A DNA stretch of 24,641 nucleotides from a virus (IMGVR_UViG_3300023095_000044:1-24641); one strand, 5' to 3'. Positions 1 to 7,255 are shown, counted from the stretch's first letter. Program-made: numbers and translations. Notes: generated by a model from the sequence alone, not told the origin.

Positions 1-387
1 GAAGGAAAGGCGGGAGTCCTCGCCGCCGTGCTCCGCGAGTTCGCGCCGCATGCTCCACAGCGCCAGCGACTGCGCGTCCTTGCGGTCCGCGCTCGCCCTC
101 CATCCGACCTGCATTGCCGCCTCCTTCATGCCCTCGGCCACGTCCCGCGCGAATCGCAGGCGGGCGACGGTCGGGTTCCCGCGTGCAAGGTCGGCCGCGG
201 TGGTGGCGGCTGCGCCCTCGGCACGCAACGTCGTGATTGCGGAAGCGAGCGCCTCCCGGTACCTCTGCTCGCAGGCCGCGTACTCCTTCACGGCGCTGCG
301 CAGCGTGTCCTCAGCGGCCTTCTGCGCGGAGCTGGAGTTGCGGAGCGCCTGCGCGGCCTCACCGATGTCCCACGGCAGCGTGCTCAT
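1..387 (-). CDS. Helical phage hypothetical protein (possible recombination accessory), truncated at window edge
   Basis: Not in ORF track. ATG at 387 overlaps the exonuclease stop (ATGA 384-387); frame is open to position 1: MSTLPWDIGEAAQALRNS...DLARGNPTVARLRFARDVAEGMKE... Confidence 0.8.
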   Translation of the reverse strand, partial: MSTLPWDIGEAAQALRNSSSAQKAAEDTLRSAVKEYAACEQRYREALASAITTLRAEGAAATTAADLARGNPTVARLRFARDVAEGMKEAAMQVGWRASADRKDAQSLALWSMRRELAEHGGEDSRLSF

Positions 388-1247
388 GCCGCCGCCTTCA
401 GCGCGGCCTTCGCGGCCTTGTTCTGCGCTGCCATCCCAGCGTTCACGCGCTTCCGAGAACGGGCGACGTGCAGGAGCGACAGGGCGTCCTCCTCCGTGGC
501 CTCGCAATGGACGAGCTTCACGCCGCCGTCGTCATCGACACCGACGATCACGATGTCCTCGACGGGCTCGTAGCCGGACGCCTCCAGGGCCATCGCGTAC
601 AAGCGCGTCTGGTAGTGCGCGGAGTCGTACACGCGCCCCCGGTTGGTCTTGTAGTCGACGAGGGTGCGGCGCCCTTCGATCTTCGCGATGAGGTCGAAGC
701 GGCCGGCGTACGAGTGCTCCGGGTGGACGACGCTTCCCTCGATCACGTCGACGACCGGGGACATTCTCAGCCACGCGCGGGCCGCGCCACGCAGCCACGG
801 CACCGCCTGCGCCGGGAACGTCTCAAGGTCCGGCATCCCCTCGCCGCGCGCGAGCCCCTCAAAGGCGAGGTGAATCGCGTGCCCACGATCGGCGCCCATG
901 TCACGCGCGGCGCTCGAGCCGAGTTGCAGCAGCTTGAGCCGGTCGACGATCTCCTCGTCAGGGCACTCGTCCAACTCACCGAGACGGAAAGCCTGCGCGG
1001 TGCCGATCGCGGTCGTCTGCTCCACCCAGTGCAGCAGGGCAGGCTTGTCCAGGCACCCGACGATGCTGCTGACGCTGTCGAGCTCGGTGCCGTCGAGGCT
1101 GTAGGAGCGGTGCGGCTTCTTGGCGGGCTCGCCCTTCGCGGTGAGCCACTCGCCGGGCGCGCACTGCACGAAGCGGAGCAGGCCCACGGGGGTCTCCCGC
1201 TCGTAGACGGTGCCGCCGATGATGCGGTCCGGGCTGATGACGCTCAT
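384..1247 (-). CDS. PD-(D/E)XK (RecB-like) phage exonuclease, 287 aa
   Basis: Start at ATG 1247 (ATGA overlap with ERF stop); motifs SVSSIVG, L..W, GHAIH, YAGRFDL, LVDYKT, QTRLY. Confidence 0.85.
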   Translation of the reverse strand: MSVISPDRIIGGTVYERETPVGLLRFVQCAPGEWLTAKGEPAKKPHRSYSLDGTELDSVSSIVGCLDKPALLHWVEQTTAIGTAQAFRLGELDECPDEEIVDRLKLLQLGSSAARDMGADRGHAIHLAFEGLARGEGMPDLETFPAQAVPWLRGAARAWLRMSPVVDVIEGSVVHPEHSYAGRFDLIAKIEGRRTLVDYKTNRGRVYDSAHYQTRLYAMALEASGYEPVEDIVIVGVDDDGGVKLVHCEATEEDALSLLHVARSRKRVNAGMAAQNKAAKAALKAAA

Positions 1248-1921
1248 GCCGGCGCCCCGATGTGCTTGAGCAGGTCGCCCTCGAGCGCGTCGGCCTGGTC
1301 GACCGTGAGCTTCGCGATCGCCGCCTTGTCGATCTTCTGCGGAGTAGCGCCCGCCGCGGAGAACATGAGGCTGAGGTCGGTCCCGCTCAGGCCCTTCGTC
1401 ATGGCGTCGCTGATCTTCTGGCCGATGACCCCGGCGCGGTCCGCGTCGATCGGGGGACCGACAGGCTTCGGCGGCGCAGCGGGCCGACCGGGCGACTGGC
1501 GCGAATCGTTCTCCGGGTCGTCCCCGGTGGCGATCAGGAACGACTTCATCAGGAAGTACTTGAGCGCGCCCGTGTACGCCTTGTAGATGCCCTTGTCCGC
1601 GGAGTCGTCCCCGGCGCCGGCCCACTCGGCACGGTGCGTGGCCCCGGTGTCCCCATCGCAGAACGTGAACGCGACCCGGACGGTGGTGACGGTCGACGCC
1701 TTGCCCCGGTCCGTGGTGATGGTGCGCTCCTCCACCCCCTCGACGGAGGGGATGAGGATGACGTTCCGGTCCGCGAGCTTGGAGCGGACGGCGTCGACGA
1801 GGTCGGCCTCGGTGACGTAGTCGTACTTGTGAAACGTGTTCTTGCCGTTCTTGGCGACGCGCCCCACCTCGCCCATGACCTCAGCGAGCTTCTTGTAGAG
1901 GCCGGCGATGTCTTCGCTCAT
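1244..1921 (-). CDS. erf: ERF-family single-strand annealing protein
   Basis: LYKKLAEV...KNGKN.FHKYDY; GAGDDSADKGIYKAYTGALKYFLMKSFLIATGDDPE is typical of the ERF family. Confidence 0.9.
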   Translation of the reverse strand: MSEDIAGLYKKLAEVMGEVGRVAKNGKNTFHKYDYVTEADLVDAVRSKLADRNVILIPSVEGVEERTITTDRGKASTVTTVRVAFTFCDGDTGATHRAEWAGAGDDSADKGIYKAYTGALKYFLMKSFLIATGDDPENDSRQSPGRPAAPPKPVGPPIDADRAGVIGQKISDAMTKGLSGTDLSLMFSAAGATPQKIDKAAIAKLTVDQADALEGDLLKHIGAPA

Positions 1922-2109
1922 GCTGCGCGCTCCATGTAGTGGATGCCGCGTTCCAGGTCCGCCGCGAGCTGCATGGCGTGGTTGAACGTGGGCAGGTGGT
2001 CGGAGTGGATGACGCCCCGGGGGTCAACGACGGCGTGCCTGATGGGCTGGCCGGTGTCCCCGATGTCGGTGGCGCGGTAGTGGCCGGTCGCTGCGTACGG
2101 GCCGTTCAT
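1918..2109 (-). CDS. Small hypothetical protein, 63 aa (MNGPYAATG...MERAA)
   Basis: ATGA overlaps at both ends (2106-2109 and 1918-1921). Confidence 0.7.
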   Translation of the reverse strand: MNGPYAATGHYRATDIGDTGQPIRHAVVDPRGVIHSDHLPTFNHAMQLAADLERGIHYMERAA

Positions 2110-2291
2110 GCCGTCTGCTCCGTGTAGCGGCGCACCAGATCCGGGTCCGCGTTCAGAGACTCGGCGCACGTCGAGGCGGCGCGCTTGCTGCCGGTGTCGA
2201 CACCGATCTGCTTGCCGTTCGGGCTGATGACGGGCCACCGGGTCTCCCCGAGGCTGTTGGTGAAGGGCATGCCAACCCGGAAGGAGGTCAT
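2106..2291 (-). CDS. Small hypothetical protein, 61 aa
   Basis: ATGA overlaps at both ends; GC3-rich codons. Confidence 0.7.
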   Translation of the reverse strand: MTSFRVGMPFTNSLGETRWPVISPNGKQIGVDTGSKRAASTCAESLNADPDLVRRYTEQTA

Positions 2292-2470
2292 GCCGCCACC
2301 CCGAGGGGGGCACCGCTAAGGGCCTGGTAGCAGCGTGCGGAGCAGCACCAGATACGGGCGTCCGTGACCGGATGCCGGGCCTGCATGTGGAGCTCACGGG
2401 TCGGGGCATCGCAGCGCTCGCAGCGCGGCGGGTCCGGGTGTGTCGGACCGATCAACTTCAAGGGGGGCAC
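2288..2470 (-). CDS. Small Cys-rich (zinc-finger-like) protein, 60 aa
   Basis: GTG start preceded by AAGGAG; CERC...CCSARC; ATGA overlap with next gene. Confidence 0.7.
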   Translation of the reverse strand: MPPLKLIGPTHPDPPRCERCDAPTRELHMQARHPVTDARIWCCSARCYQALSGAPLGVAA

Positions 2471-2494
2471 AGGTGCTCCTTGGGTGGAAGGGGT

Positions 2495-2719
2495 TCAGGC
2501 GGCTCGAGGCAGTCGGGTGACTGCCGAGCTGAGCGGTGCGACGTCGCGCCGGGCGCGGTACTCCTGGTAGAGCCGGATGGCCCTTTCGTTCGTGCGGTGC
2601 GCGTACATCGGGAACGCGCTGCCCCAAAAGTCATGCGGGGCGAAGTCGTCGATGCGGTCCGCGATCTGCTCGCGCTCCTCATCGGTCAAGTCTTGGTAGG
2701 CCGGGTCGAGGTAGAGCAC
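2495..2719 (-). CDS. Small hypothetical protein, 74 aa
   Basis: GTG start 3 nt after upstream stop; protein-like composition; fits the operon tiling. Confidence 0.65.
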   Translation of the reverse strand: MLYLDPAYQDLTDEEREQIADRIDDFAPHDFWGSAFPMYAHRTNERAIRLYQEYRARRDVAPLSSAVTRLPRAA

Positions 2720-2722
2720 GAC

Positions 2723-2839
2723 TCAGGCCCTCACGTCTGCGGCGGTGACGTGCTTGCGCTGCCAGACACGGCAGGTCAGGGCGTGGAGCTCACCGAGGGA
2801 TCGGCCGCAGCAGCGGCACTTGATGGGCTCGTCGCTCAT
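2723..2839 (-). CDS. 38-aa Cys/His microprotein MSDEPIKCRCCGRSLGELHALTCRVWQRKHVTAADVRA
   Basis: Not in ORF track; ATG 2839 overlaps upstream TGA; CxCC..H..C zinc-binding-like pattern. Confidence 0.6.
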   Translation of the reverse strand: MSDEPIKCRCCGRSLGELHALTCRVWQRKHVTAADVRA

Positions 2840-3123
2840 GCCGCGCTCCCACCGTGCGCCGCGCGGACCGCCGAGAGGCTCACGACGTTCGAGTGCCGCG
2901 CCGCCTCGTCGAAGTACGACAGGTCAGCGGGCTCCCACGACTTCAGGACCGGCTCGAGCGCGAGGCCCGCAAGGAAGTCGATCTCCGTGTCCTTCTCCGC
3001 GACCTCGGCCAGTAGGTCCCGGTTCTCGAAGCGGAGTCGGCCGGCGGTCTCGCTCAAGCGGTTCGAGCGGGTGATCTCGTTCGCGAGCAGCAGCATCAAG
3101 GCTGCGATCAGGACCCAGGTCAT
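2836..3123 (-). CDS. Hypothetical protein with N-terminal hydrophobic anchor and coiled coil, 95 aa
   Basis: WVLIAALMLLLA N-terminus; ATGA overlaps at both ends. Confidence 0.7.
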   Translation of the reverse strand: MTWVLIAALMLLLANEITRSNRLSETAGRLRFENRDLLAEVAEKDTEIDFLAGLALEPVLKSWEPADLSYFDEAARHSNVVSLSAVRAAHGGSAA

Positions 3124-3278
3124 GCCTTCGCCTCAACGATCGTGGCCGGGACGTAACCGGGAGACCGGCCGTACTTGCGGGCGTACTGACCGACACGTGC
3201 CTGTGCTTGACGGAGCGTCGTGTGCTCCGTGTGCGACGCCGAGCTCATGCCCGGGTTCTGGAAGCGGACGATGAACAT
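3120..3278 (-). CDS. 52-aa hypothetical protein (MFIVRFQNPG...IVEAKA)
   Basis: Not in ORF track; TGATG overlap at start and ATGA overlap at end; fills the gap exactly. Confidence 0.6.
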   Translation of the reverse strand: MFIVRFQNPGMSSASHTEHTTLRQAQARVGQYARKYGRSPGYVPATIVEAKA

Positions 3279-3484
3279 CACGCCGCCCGCTCCAACGGGG
3301 GGAGCAGGTCAAGCACCTGGACGCCGAAGCGATCCGCGACGCGCTTGGCAGTGCGGGGCGTCACGGGCGTGCCGGCCTCGAGCCGCTGGATGACCGTGAG
3401 GGACACCTCGCACTCGGCGGCGAGTTCGCGCTGCGTCAGGCCGTCGTTCACGCGGGCGGCCTTCACGTCGAAGCTGGGGCTCAT
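3278..3484 (-). CDS. XRE/Cro-like helix-turn-helix protein, 68 aa
   Basis: Start ATG 3484 (ATGA overlap); ARVNDGLTQRELAAECEVSLTVIQRLEAG is an HTH_3 pattern. Confidence 0.85.
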   Translation of the reverse strand: MSPSFDVKAARVNDGLTQRELAAECEVSLTVIQRLEAGTPVTPRTAKRVADRFGVQVLDLLPPLERAA

Positions 3485-3732
3485 CGCGCGGCCTTCTGCG
3501 TCTCGATCGGCCACAGGTCCAGCGGCTGCTTGCCGAGGGCCTGAGCGATCGCGAACTGCACGCGAACGGTGGGGACGAAGCCGGACTCCGCGAGCCTGAT
3601 CGTCTCGCGACCGACGCCAGCCCGGAAGCTGAGCATCTCGCGGGACAACCCCGCGTTGGTTCGCAGGGCGATGAGGTCCAGATTCCGACGGTGGCGTCCG
3701 GCTCGCTGGCCGGATCGGGTCGCTGTGGGCAT
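3481..3732 (-). CDS. Cro-like XRE helix-turn-helix protein, 83 aa
   Basis: LRTNAGLSREMLSFRAGVGRETIRLAESG...IAQALG HTH pattern; first gene of the leftward operon; ATG 3732 lies 7 nt after a -10 box. Confidence 0.85.
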   Translation of the reverse strand: MPTATRSGQRAGRHRRNLDLIALRTNAGLSREMLSFRAGVGRETIRLAESGFVPTVRVQFAIAQALGKQPLDLWPIETQKAAR

Positions 3733-3768
3733 GTTCAGGACAATACGGGCCGAATCTGGACGTGTCAA
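3733..3768 (-). promoter_or_regulatory. Housekeeping-sigma promoter driving a probably leaderless early transcript
   Basis: TTGACA (3768-3763), 17-nt spacer, TATTGT (3745-3740), 7 nt, then ATG 3732; no Shine-Dalgarno. Confidence 0.8.
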
Positions 3769-3805
3769 GTCCCTATCGGGTCACGCCGTGTCGCAACATC
3801 GGCCT

Positions 3806-4246
3806 ATGTCCGTTGTACGCCCAAGTCAGGACCGCGCCGGCCGCCTCCGAGCAGCCTTCGCCTACGCCAACATGAGCAAGCCCGAACGGGCCGAGCTCCT
3901 CGGCATCAGCGAACGCCAAGTCACCCGACTAGAGAACGGCCAGGCCGTCATCCGCGACGAGGTCTTGCAGCTCGTCAGCGAACGCACGGGCGTCCCCGGA
4001 TGGTTCTTCCGGACCGGCTGGGAAGTCCCGCCGGTCGCAGACGAACCAGACCTACGCGAAACCGTCGAAGCGCTCCAGCACCGGCTGGACACGCTCGAGC
4101 GGGCTACCCGCGGTGATGCCCTTTCGGTGTTCCGACAGGCACTACCCGGTCTCGTCCCAGAGCTTCGCCAAGCGCTGGTAGAAGCGCCATCACCTCAGCA
4201 CGCTTCGGGTCGTCCGGATCGATCCTCGGAAGGCGACGGCGCATGA
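3806..4246 (+). CDS. CI-like XRE repressor, about 146 aa
   Basis: RLRAAFAYANMSKPERAELLGISERQVTRLENG...TGVPGWFF HTH pattern; divergent from the Cro-like genes; ATG 3806 chosen because longer starts overlap the Cro-like gene. Confidence 0.8.
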   Translation: MSVVRPSQDRAGRLRAAFAYANMSKPERAELLGISERQVTRLENGQAVIRDEVLQLVSERTGVPGWFFRTGWEVPPVADEPDLRETVEALQHRLDTLERATRGDALSVFRQALPGLVPELRQALVEAPSPQHASGRPDRSSEGDGA

Positions 4247-4337
4247 GGTCGAACACCTCATTCATCAAGTCGTCCGTCGTGTACTGGTCCTCGCCACGAC
4301 CTCCGTCGTGGCCCCTCAGCAAAGGTCCTTGTGCCAT
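4104..4337 (-). CDS. Small hypothetical protein antisense to the repressor 3' end, 77 aa
   Basis: AGGAG 7 nt upstream of ATG; helical protein-like sequence TTDDLMNEVFDLMRRRLPRIDPDDPKRAEVMALL. Confidence 0.55.
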   Translation of the reverse strand: MAQGPLLRGHDGGRGEDQYTTDDLMNEVFDLMRRRLPRIDPDDPKRAEVMALLPALGEALGRDRVVPVGTPKGHHRG

Positions 4338-4476
4338 TGAACGGCTCCTGGAAGTCGGCCGCCCTGCGCCACCCCAGAGGGATGACTTCGCCGCTGGCGA
4401 CCCTGCGCGGCGAGGTGTCTATCTAACAGCGGCAAGCGGACGGAAGCAACGGTTCTCAACCTCAACGAACAGAACC

Positions 4477-4761
4477 GTACGTACGTCCATCCAGTCCTCA
4501 CTACTTCTTGGTCTAGCGACCGTCTTAACAGCGTGCGGTAGTAGCGGGCTTTCCGACGACGACGCGATCTCGAGGTACTGCCAGTACGGCTCCGTGAGCC
4601 AGTCGCAGTTCATCGGCTGCGTCAAGAACGTCGACATCGACCAGGTCGCCGCGTCGCAGACCGAGGCCGGCCGGTTCGCGTTCGACGAGGGAGCCGAATG
4701 CGGCGCCGGTGCTGGGCCACTTTGCGAGGGCATCGACCTGTACGAGCCGCCTACGCCATAG
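4477..4761 (+). CDS. Putative lipoprotein (superinfection-exclusion candidate); start uncertain, frame open from ATG 4243
   Basis: Hydrophobic stretch LLLGLATVL plus lipobox LTA-C (Cys codon 4534); four further Cys; GC3-rich mature part. Confidence 0.55.
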   Translation, partial: VRTSIQSSLLLGLATVLTACGSSGLSDDDAISRYCQYGSVSQSQFIGCVKNVDIDQVAASQTEAGRFAFDEGAECGAGAGPLCEGIDLYEPPTP

Positions 4762-5064
4762 CCCCTTCCCCTTGGGTGAGAAGGGAGGTGCGGCTGCGCT
4801 TATGAGGCCCTAGGTGGCTATCCACTGAGATCCCCGCCCGATTCGTGCGCCTGGCTGCTGTCGCTCGTCCTGATTGAGCCGCGTCGTCCCATCGCATTCC
4901 ATCGTTGGACGCACTAGAAGTCGTTTCTCACGCTTAGCGTCCGCTCCACCGATCCAGAGGAATTGCCCCGCCTAGGGGTTGTTCTCCGTCGCGCAACCGC
5001 TAGGCTGCACTCAGCTTTCTTGTCGCCATTAGGAAGCAGTGTAGTCCTAATCCGGACACACCCG

Positions 5065-5107
5065 CTAGAGCCCGCCGCGTCTCCGCCCGGTGGGCTCTGG
5101 CCGTTTC
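5065..5107 (+). terminator. Terminator-like hairpin on the plus strand
   Basis: 13-bp stem CTAGAGCCCGCCG/CGGTGGGCTCTGG; G-U pairs valid only on plus; followed by CCGTTTC. Confidence 0.5.
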
Positions 5108-5116
5108 AGGACGCCC

Positions 5117-5163
5117 AGAACGACGAAGAGCCCGGCCCCGCGTGCTTCCACGGGGCCGGGCTC
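5117..5163 (-). terminator. Intrinsic terminator of the late operon
   Basis: Perfect 13-bp inverted repeat GAGCCCGGCCCCG (5128-5140/5151-5163) followed on minus by TTCGTCGTTCT, just downstream of the collagen gene stop. Confidence 0.8.
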
Positions 5164-5187
5164 CAAGACTGCTGAACTGCTCTCTAG

Positions 5188-5910
5188 CTACGTCGCGGCC
5201 ATCGCCGTCACATGCACCACCGCGCCACTCGCCGGGGCGTTGATCACCCCAAGCGCAAGCAGCGACAACGTCGAGCTCCACGCCTTCACCTGGCAGCCCG
5301 TCGCCGTCACCGACCCAGCGACCACCTGCGCGTTCACTGACGTCGTCGCCGCGGCTTCAGCCGTCGCGTGAACGATCGGGGCAGCGGAGAACTTGCCGGC
5401 CGGGAACGAGACCGTCGCCAGCCCGCTCGAGACCGTCGTCACCTTCCCCGCGTACAGGTACGGAGAGGCACCGTCCGCGCCCTTCGCCCCCGCCGTGCCA
5501 GCGGGACCGGTCGGACCGACGGACCCGATTGCCCCCGTGTCGCCTTTCGCCCCGGTACTGCCGGTGTCACCCTTTGCGCCAGCAGCACCCGCAGGACCAG
5601 TGTCGCCCTTCGCGCCCTGCGACCCCGTGTCCCCCTTGGGACCCTGAGCGCCCGTCTCTCCCTTCGAGCCGGCGTCACCCTTCGGCCCCGCCGGTCCCTG
5701 CGGACCAACGGAACCCTGCGGCCCCACCGGACCAGCCGGGCCAACAGGACCCTCGGGCCCCACCGACCCAGCGCCCTGCAAATCCGCCACACGAACCGGC
5801 TTCCCAAGCCTGTCCGCCCTACCCGTCTCCTGACCCGTACGAGTAGCGGACACCGTCGACATGAGCATGCCGTCGACCTCCACCACCGGATACCCCGTAC
5901 GGCGCGCCAT
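5188..5910 (-). CDS. Collagen-like fibre protein with C-terminal beta-rich (H-type lectin/gp53-like) domain
   Basis: 34 uninterrupted G-X-Y triplets; C-terminus AGKV...[16 protein letters not shown]; TGATG overlap with the endolysin. Confidence 0.85.
   Translation of the reverse strand: MARRTGYPVVEVDGMLMSTVSATRTGQETGRADRLGKPVRVADLQGAGSVGPEGPVGPAGPVGPQGSVGPQGPAGPKGDAGSKGETGAQGPKGDTGSQGAKGDTGPAGAAGAKGDTGSTGAKGDTGAIGSVGPTGPAGTAGAKGADGASPYLYAGKVTTVSSGLATVSFPAGKFSAAPIVHATAEAAATTSVNAQVVAGSVTATGCQVKAWSSTLSLLALGVINAPASGAVVHVTAMAAT
5464..5769 (-). repeat. Collagen G-X-Y repeat region (34 triplets)
   Basis: GSV GPE GPV ... GAK GDT ... GAD GAS counted from the translation. Confidence 0.9.
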
Positions 5911-6395
5911 CAGCGCAGATACCGGCGCACTTCAGCGACCGGTCGATAGTCGAAGCGGAGCAAGAACGGCCCCCGCTCCGAACCCTGCGAGATCACCAGA
6001 CCGCTGCCGACGTACATCGCGACGTGCTCCGCGACCCCGCCGCCCTGGTTGCCGTAGAACACCAGGTCACCAGGCAGCTTGCGGCCCGTCACCCGCTTGC
6101 CGTGGTTCTGCTGCGTGCCCGTGTACCCCGCCTTCCACCCGGCGCCGTTCACGAAGTCCCCGAGCTTGTACTTGCGGGTCGCGTCCCAGAGCGCCCACGT
6201 CGTGCTTGAGGAGCAGTCGCAGGTCGCGGGGAACTGGCCCTTGTACGCGCGCTTGTGCTGCGCGATCCCGCTGAAACGGTCGGGGCGCTGGGAGTAGTGG
6301 ACGGCCGGCGCGTTCTTCAGCAGCACCTTCATGCTGTTCACCGCGAGCCGTCGAGCTCGCACACGCTGCGGGAGAGTCAGCCCGGTCGCGCTCAT
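5910..6395 (-). CDS. NlpC/P60 peptidoglycan peptidase (endolysin), 161 aa
   Basis: CDCSS catalytic Cys motif, LPGDLVFY, EHVAMY His motif; directly follows a holin-like gene. Confidence 0.85.
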   Translation of the reverse strand: MSATGLTLPQRVRARRLAVNSMKVLLKNAPAVHYSQRPDRFSGIAQHKRAYKGQFPATCDCSSSTTWALWDATRKYKLGDFVNGAGWKAGYTGTQQNHGKRVTGRKLPGDLVFYGNQGGGVAEHVAMYVGSGLVISQGSERGPFLLRFDYRPVAEVRRYLR

Positions 6396-6610
6396 CGGAC
6401 GTTCACCACGTCGACGGGCGGCGCATCGGTGACCTGGAGCACCTCACCGGCCGGAGCCAGGTACGCAGCCACGGCACCGATGGCCTTCGCGAGCAGGGCG
6501 GCCACGGTCGGGTCGAGGTCGACCGCGAAGTACGCGAGCGCGAACGCGACGATGGACGTCAGAAGATCAGCGATCAGCTTGGGGCTGACGCCGAGAGTCA
6601 CGGTCTTCAT
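6392..6610 (-). CDS. Holin-like membrane protein, 72 aa
   Basis: VSPKLIA start, two hydrophobic helices, AGGAGG SD; ATGA overlap with the endolysin. Confidence 0.75.
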   Translation of the reverse strand: MKTVTLGVSPKLIADLLTSIVAFALAYFAVDLDPTVAALLAKAIGAVAAYLAPAGEVLQVTDAPPVDVVNVR

Positions 6611-6636
6611 GTGGGCCTCCTAGGGCCGTAGGTGAG

Positions 6637-6717
6637 CTACAAGCGGCGGCGGCGCATCGCGAGCGCCAGGGCAATCAGCCCGAGAACGAGGAAGAGGTAC
6701 GCGAAGACGATCAGCAC
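6637..6717 (-). CDS. 26-aa single-TM peptide MLIVFAYLFLVLGLIALALAMRRRRL
   Basis: GTG 6717 overlaps the end of the upstream gene; hydrophobic helix with Arg tail. Confidence 0.5.
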   Translation of the reverse strand: MLIVFAYLFLVLGLIALALAMRRRRL

Positions 6718-6920
6718 GCGGCGCCCCCACGCTTGCGGGTACCGAGGAGCCAGCCGATCACAGCCACGGCCAGCACCGCCGGCACCAGGCCGAGCACCTT
6801 CGCGCTGCTGAAACCGAGGGCTGCGGCTGCGATGAAGCAGACGAGCAGCGACTCGAACCACGGACACGACCAGGCGTCCGTGGACTGCGGCATACGACGG
6901 AGGACGTCATCGAAGCTCAC
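6711..6920 (-). CDS. Small two-TM membrane protein, 69 aa
   Basis: GTGA overlap at 6917-6920; two hydrophobic segments. Confidence 0.6.
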   Translation of the reverse strand: MSFDDVLRRMPQSTDAWSCPWFESLLVCFIAAAALGFSSAKVLGLVPAVLAVAVIGWLLGTRKRGGAAC

Positions 6921-7255
6921 GGGCACGCCTCCGCGATCGTGCGGCCCGTGGGGATGCTCTTGACGTACAGCTTCACGGCCTTCGGGTCGAGGCCGTTGCG
7001 GCGGTAGAAGTCGGCGAACGCTGGTCCGAGCTGGTAGGACCGCTTGCACGTCCGCTGCGATTCGGTCCGGGCGTTCTGGTCGCGGCGTGCGTCGGCCGCG
7101 TTGTTGAACTGGAGCCAGACCGCGGTGACAATCGATACGGCCGCGACGATCGCGAGGACCGATCCGATGATCCGGTCACGGTGCTGGGACACCCAACGCC
7201 CTACACGGTTGGGCATGGCTTGGTCTGCGCTACGTCGTTGCGGGTGAACGCTCAC
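6917..7255 (-). CDS. Single-TM membrane protein of the lysis cassette, 112 aa
   Basis: GTGA overlap at 7252-7255; TM IIGSVLAIVAAVSIVTAVWL followed by a domain with two Cys. Confidence 0.7.
   Translation of the reverse strand: MSVHPQRRSADQAMPNRVGRWVSQHRDRIIGSVLAIVAAVSIVTAVWLQFNNAADARRDQNARTESQRTCKRSYQLGPAFADFYRRNGLDPKAVKLYVKSIPTGRTIAEACP

Noticed and set aside
384-1247. Cas4/CRISPR association of the nuclease
   Set aside because: No Fe-S Cys cluster, and no repeat-spacer array or other cas genes in the window
4795-4842. tRNA-Met-like fragment on minus (GGCGGGG..CTCAGTGGATAG..CTCATAA)
   Set aside because: No D-stem closure, T-arm (GTTCRA) or acceptor 3' strand; a cloverleaf cannot be formed
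4847-4876. SRP helix-8-like motif on minus (TCAGG..AGCAGCC)
   Set aside because: No GNRA-capped stem between the motifs and the flanking pairing is missing
4930-5030. tmRNA, suggested by CTCCACC and a short ORF ending LSAA
   Set aside because: The two signals are on opposite strands and no tRNA-like domain or T-loop is present
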